This document shows, one piece after another, positions 62,273 to 64,000 of a DNA stretch of 64,000 nucleotides. The notes beneath the pieces were generated by a model that saw only the letters and a program-made list of their open reading frames with translations, had not been told where the DNA came from and did no database searches. Every line of letters begins with the position of its first letter. Position 1 is the stretch's first letter. A program made the position numbers and the translations under genes. Source of the stretch: a virus. The stretch spans positions 1 through 64,000 of the IMG/VR virus record IMGVR_UViG_3300014913_000759; one strand, given 5' to 3'.

Positions 62273-64000
62273 CTAAATACTAACAAACCAGCTCGCCAGA
62301 ATAGTAGCTTCTCTATTTTCTCTGCCAGTCAATGTATCCGGTAAAGAGGATCTAACATATACCGAAGCTGTGTTTCCTGGTGCTACGTCCTCATAAAGTA
62401 GCGGCAAACCAGGGTCTCCTACCCCATAAAAGGTTACATTATCCTTAGAGATCTCAATAAGTTCGTTCGGTTTCCACAATTTTTCTCGCACCTCTTCGGT
62501 GCCTGCCAATGAATCTGAGAAATCAGTTTTACAATAATTATGAATTTTGAAGTCCGAAACCACACCATCTACGGAAGAGGATTCGAATACGTCTCTTATT
62601 GCGTGTAACCCTTTGCCGCCTATAAAAAATCTAAATTTCTTACTATCACTAACATCCCACGTATCATATATTTTTGCAATCTCATAACCATTAAAGTAAA
62701 CTCTTAACGTACTGCCATCTGTATCTATTGCGGTACCGTCATTTGAATAAACAAACGCAAGGTGGAACATATCGTCTATATTCCAATAATCCGCCTCTAC
62801 GTCCATCATAATTGGTTCTTCACCAAGATTTCCAACATAAACTATGATGCCTTCGATTCCTATCATGGCACCAAATATATCGTTTGGAACATTTGCAAAG
62901 TGGAATAGTGATCTGTATTTAATATCGCTGTATGTGTCGGCACCCATGTAAATGTAGTCTGGCCTCAACCAAAATTCCACTGTCCCCTGTGTGAGTTTGA
63001 AGTCGGCCAACGGAGCACTGACATAATCATCTCCTGAGATATACAGGCCATAATCAAATCTACCTATGTCCTGGAACTGGTTACGTTCAATCTTCATGCT
63101 GTCTATGTACATAGTTATCGGATCTCCGGTGCCTCTGAAATACATGCCAAAGGATTTCAACTCCCTATACCTTATTATTCTTGGGTCAGGCAAACTATCA
63201 TCACTCTGACGAACATATAGAACGTCGGTTGCCGATTTAAACCTAAGGAACATATTATTCCAACCGTTGAACATGAGTGGTTTAAGAAAACTGATATCCC
63301 AACGATATTCTAAATAATCTGAACTGTTTACATCGCCAAAATAAATGTAGCCATAATCATCCAGCTTGTCGACATCATCTATATACAACCAAAAGGCCAA
63401 AGCATCTCTCCATGCTGCCTTCTCATCGGTTCCAAACGTGTCACCTTCCACAAGACGTAAGTGATCTATCCCAGAACCGGTAGGATAGTCCACTCTTAAT
63501 GTTCTTACTCCATCTTTTGTTCTATTATAATCATTACTTAGAGTGCTTAAGTCGGCTCTCCACCACCAATGATATTGTGTAGGATCTGGGTCTTCAGTAG
63601 TTAATATTTTGGCGTGCTTCAAATAATCCGGGCCACTGCCTAAATCTGTTGCCGTGTTTCTCTTTATAGCAACCCATCTATCGTGGTGCATATGTGCTCC
63701 TGCTCCCCATGAGCTAAAACTTATCTTCTTAGGATCGTCTAAAATAGAATCGGCCCAGGCAAAGTTACCTTCACTGTTATCCCAGTCTTTACTTGTATCC
63801 TCCGGATCAATACCAATTAGATTGTGGCCTGAGATCTGAAACTGATCCAAAAGATCTATAGCTATAATGGGATACTCTTCACTGCTTATATAATCAAAAC
63901 CATAGTATTCGTTAACCTCTACCTCACGCAAACAGGCTCCTTGAAAGTAGTCGTATGAACCGTCACCTGCCTCTGGTAAATAAATTTGTTCACCAGTTTG
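62273..64000 (-). CDS. Putative virion protein with LamG-like domain, 5' end outside the window
   Basis: Frame open to 64000; GTVEFWLRP, HLAFVY, LRVYFNG, DGVVSDFKIHN. Confidence 0.75.
   Translation of the reverse strand, partial: QTGEQIYLPEAGDGSYDYFQGACLREVEVNEYYGFDYISSEEYPIIAIDLLDQFQISGHNLIGIDPEDTSKDWDNSEGNFAWADSILDDPKKISFSSWGAGAHMHHDRWVAIKRNTATDLGSGPDYLKHAKILTTEDPDPTQYHWWWRADLSTLSNDYNRTKDGVRTLRVDYPTGSGIDHLRLVEGDTFGTDEKAAWRDALAFWLYIDDVDKLDDYGYIYFGDVNSSDYLEYRWDISFLKPLMFNGWNNMFLRFKSATDVLYVRQSDDSLPDPRIIRYRELKSFGMYFRGTGDPITMYIDSMKIERNQFQDIGRFDYGLYISGDDYVSAPLADFKLTQGTVEFWLRPDYIYMGADTYSDIKYRSLFHFANVPNDIFGAMIGIEGIIVYVGNLGEEPIMMDVEADYWNIDDMFHLAFVYSNDGTAIDTDGSTLRVYFNGYEIAKIYDTWDVSDSKKFRFFIGGKGLHAIRDVFESSSVDGVVSDFKIHNYCKTDFSDSLAGTEEVREKLWKPNELIEISKDNVTFYGVGDPGLPLLYEDVAPGNTASVYVRSSLPDTLTGRENREATILASWFVSI

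Noticed and set aside
43833-64000. Diversity-generating retroelement or invertible tail cassette
   Set aside because: No reverse transcriptase, recombinase or near-identical TR/VR pair seen; paralogy is diverged and at protein level
1-64000. Stop-codon reassignment, as seen in some large phages
   Set aside because: Genes are full length in code 11 and end in TAA, TAG and TGA

Overview
This is a 64 kb segment of a large ('jumbo/huge'-type) tailed dsDNA phage genome. Essentially every real gene is on the minus strand, densely packed, uses code 11 and has GGAGG-type RBSs. No capsid, terminase or ribosomal genes are in view, so the phage call rests on gene content and layout. Read in transcription order (right to left) there are four modules. 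(1) 43.8-64 kb: eight large putative virion/tail proteins built from DUF2341, LamG, discoidin and beta-propeller modules nested inside one another. (2) 32.7-43.7 kb: replication/recombination genes (DnaN, trypsin-like protease, RecA, DnaB, primase, SSB, DnaJ, RuvC, Cas4/RecB-like nuclease). (3) 15.0-32.7 kb: a soluble glycosylation cluster with 9 glycosyltransferases, 3 methyltransferases, UDP-sulfoquinovose synthase SqdB, an intein-split UDP-glucose dehydrogenase, an epimerase, a heptose-7-P kinase and a degenerate KdsC, with ThyA and a free HNH endonuclease embedded. (4) 0-15 kb: DnaX, PolA, dUTPase, class II RNR, RNase HII, dCMP deaminase, accessory genes (SemiSWEET, GrlR-like, cREC receiver, Hsp20, metallopeptidase) and tRNA-Gly(GCC). 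The best candidates for new biology are: a phage sulfoquinovose-containing glycosylation system with no export machinery, paired with a recurrent T/S-x-S-G motif in virion proteins (possible sequon); an NrdJ with an HTH-LAGLIDADG endonuclease fused in frame between its catalytic core and its redox Cys tail with no intein or intron features; and a PolA with a beta-clamp motif in its thumb, alongside the phage's own clamp and clamp loader. All family calls come from motif recognition by eye; no database searches were run.
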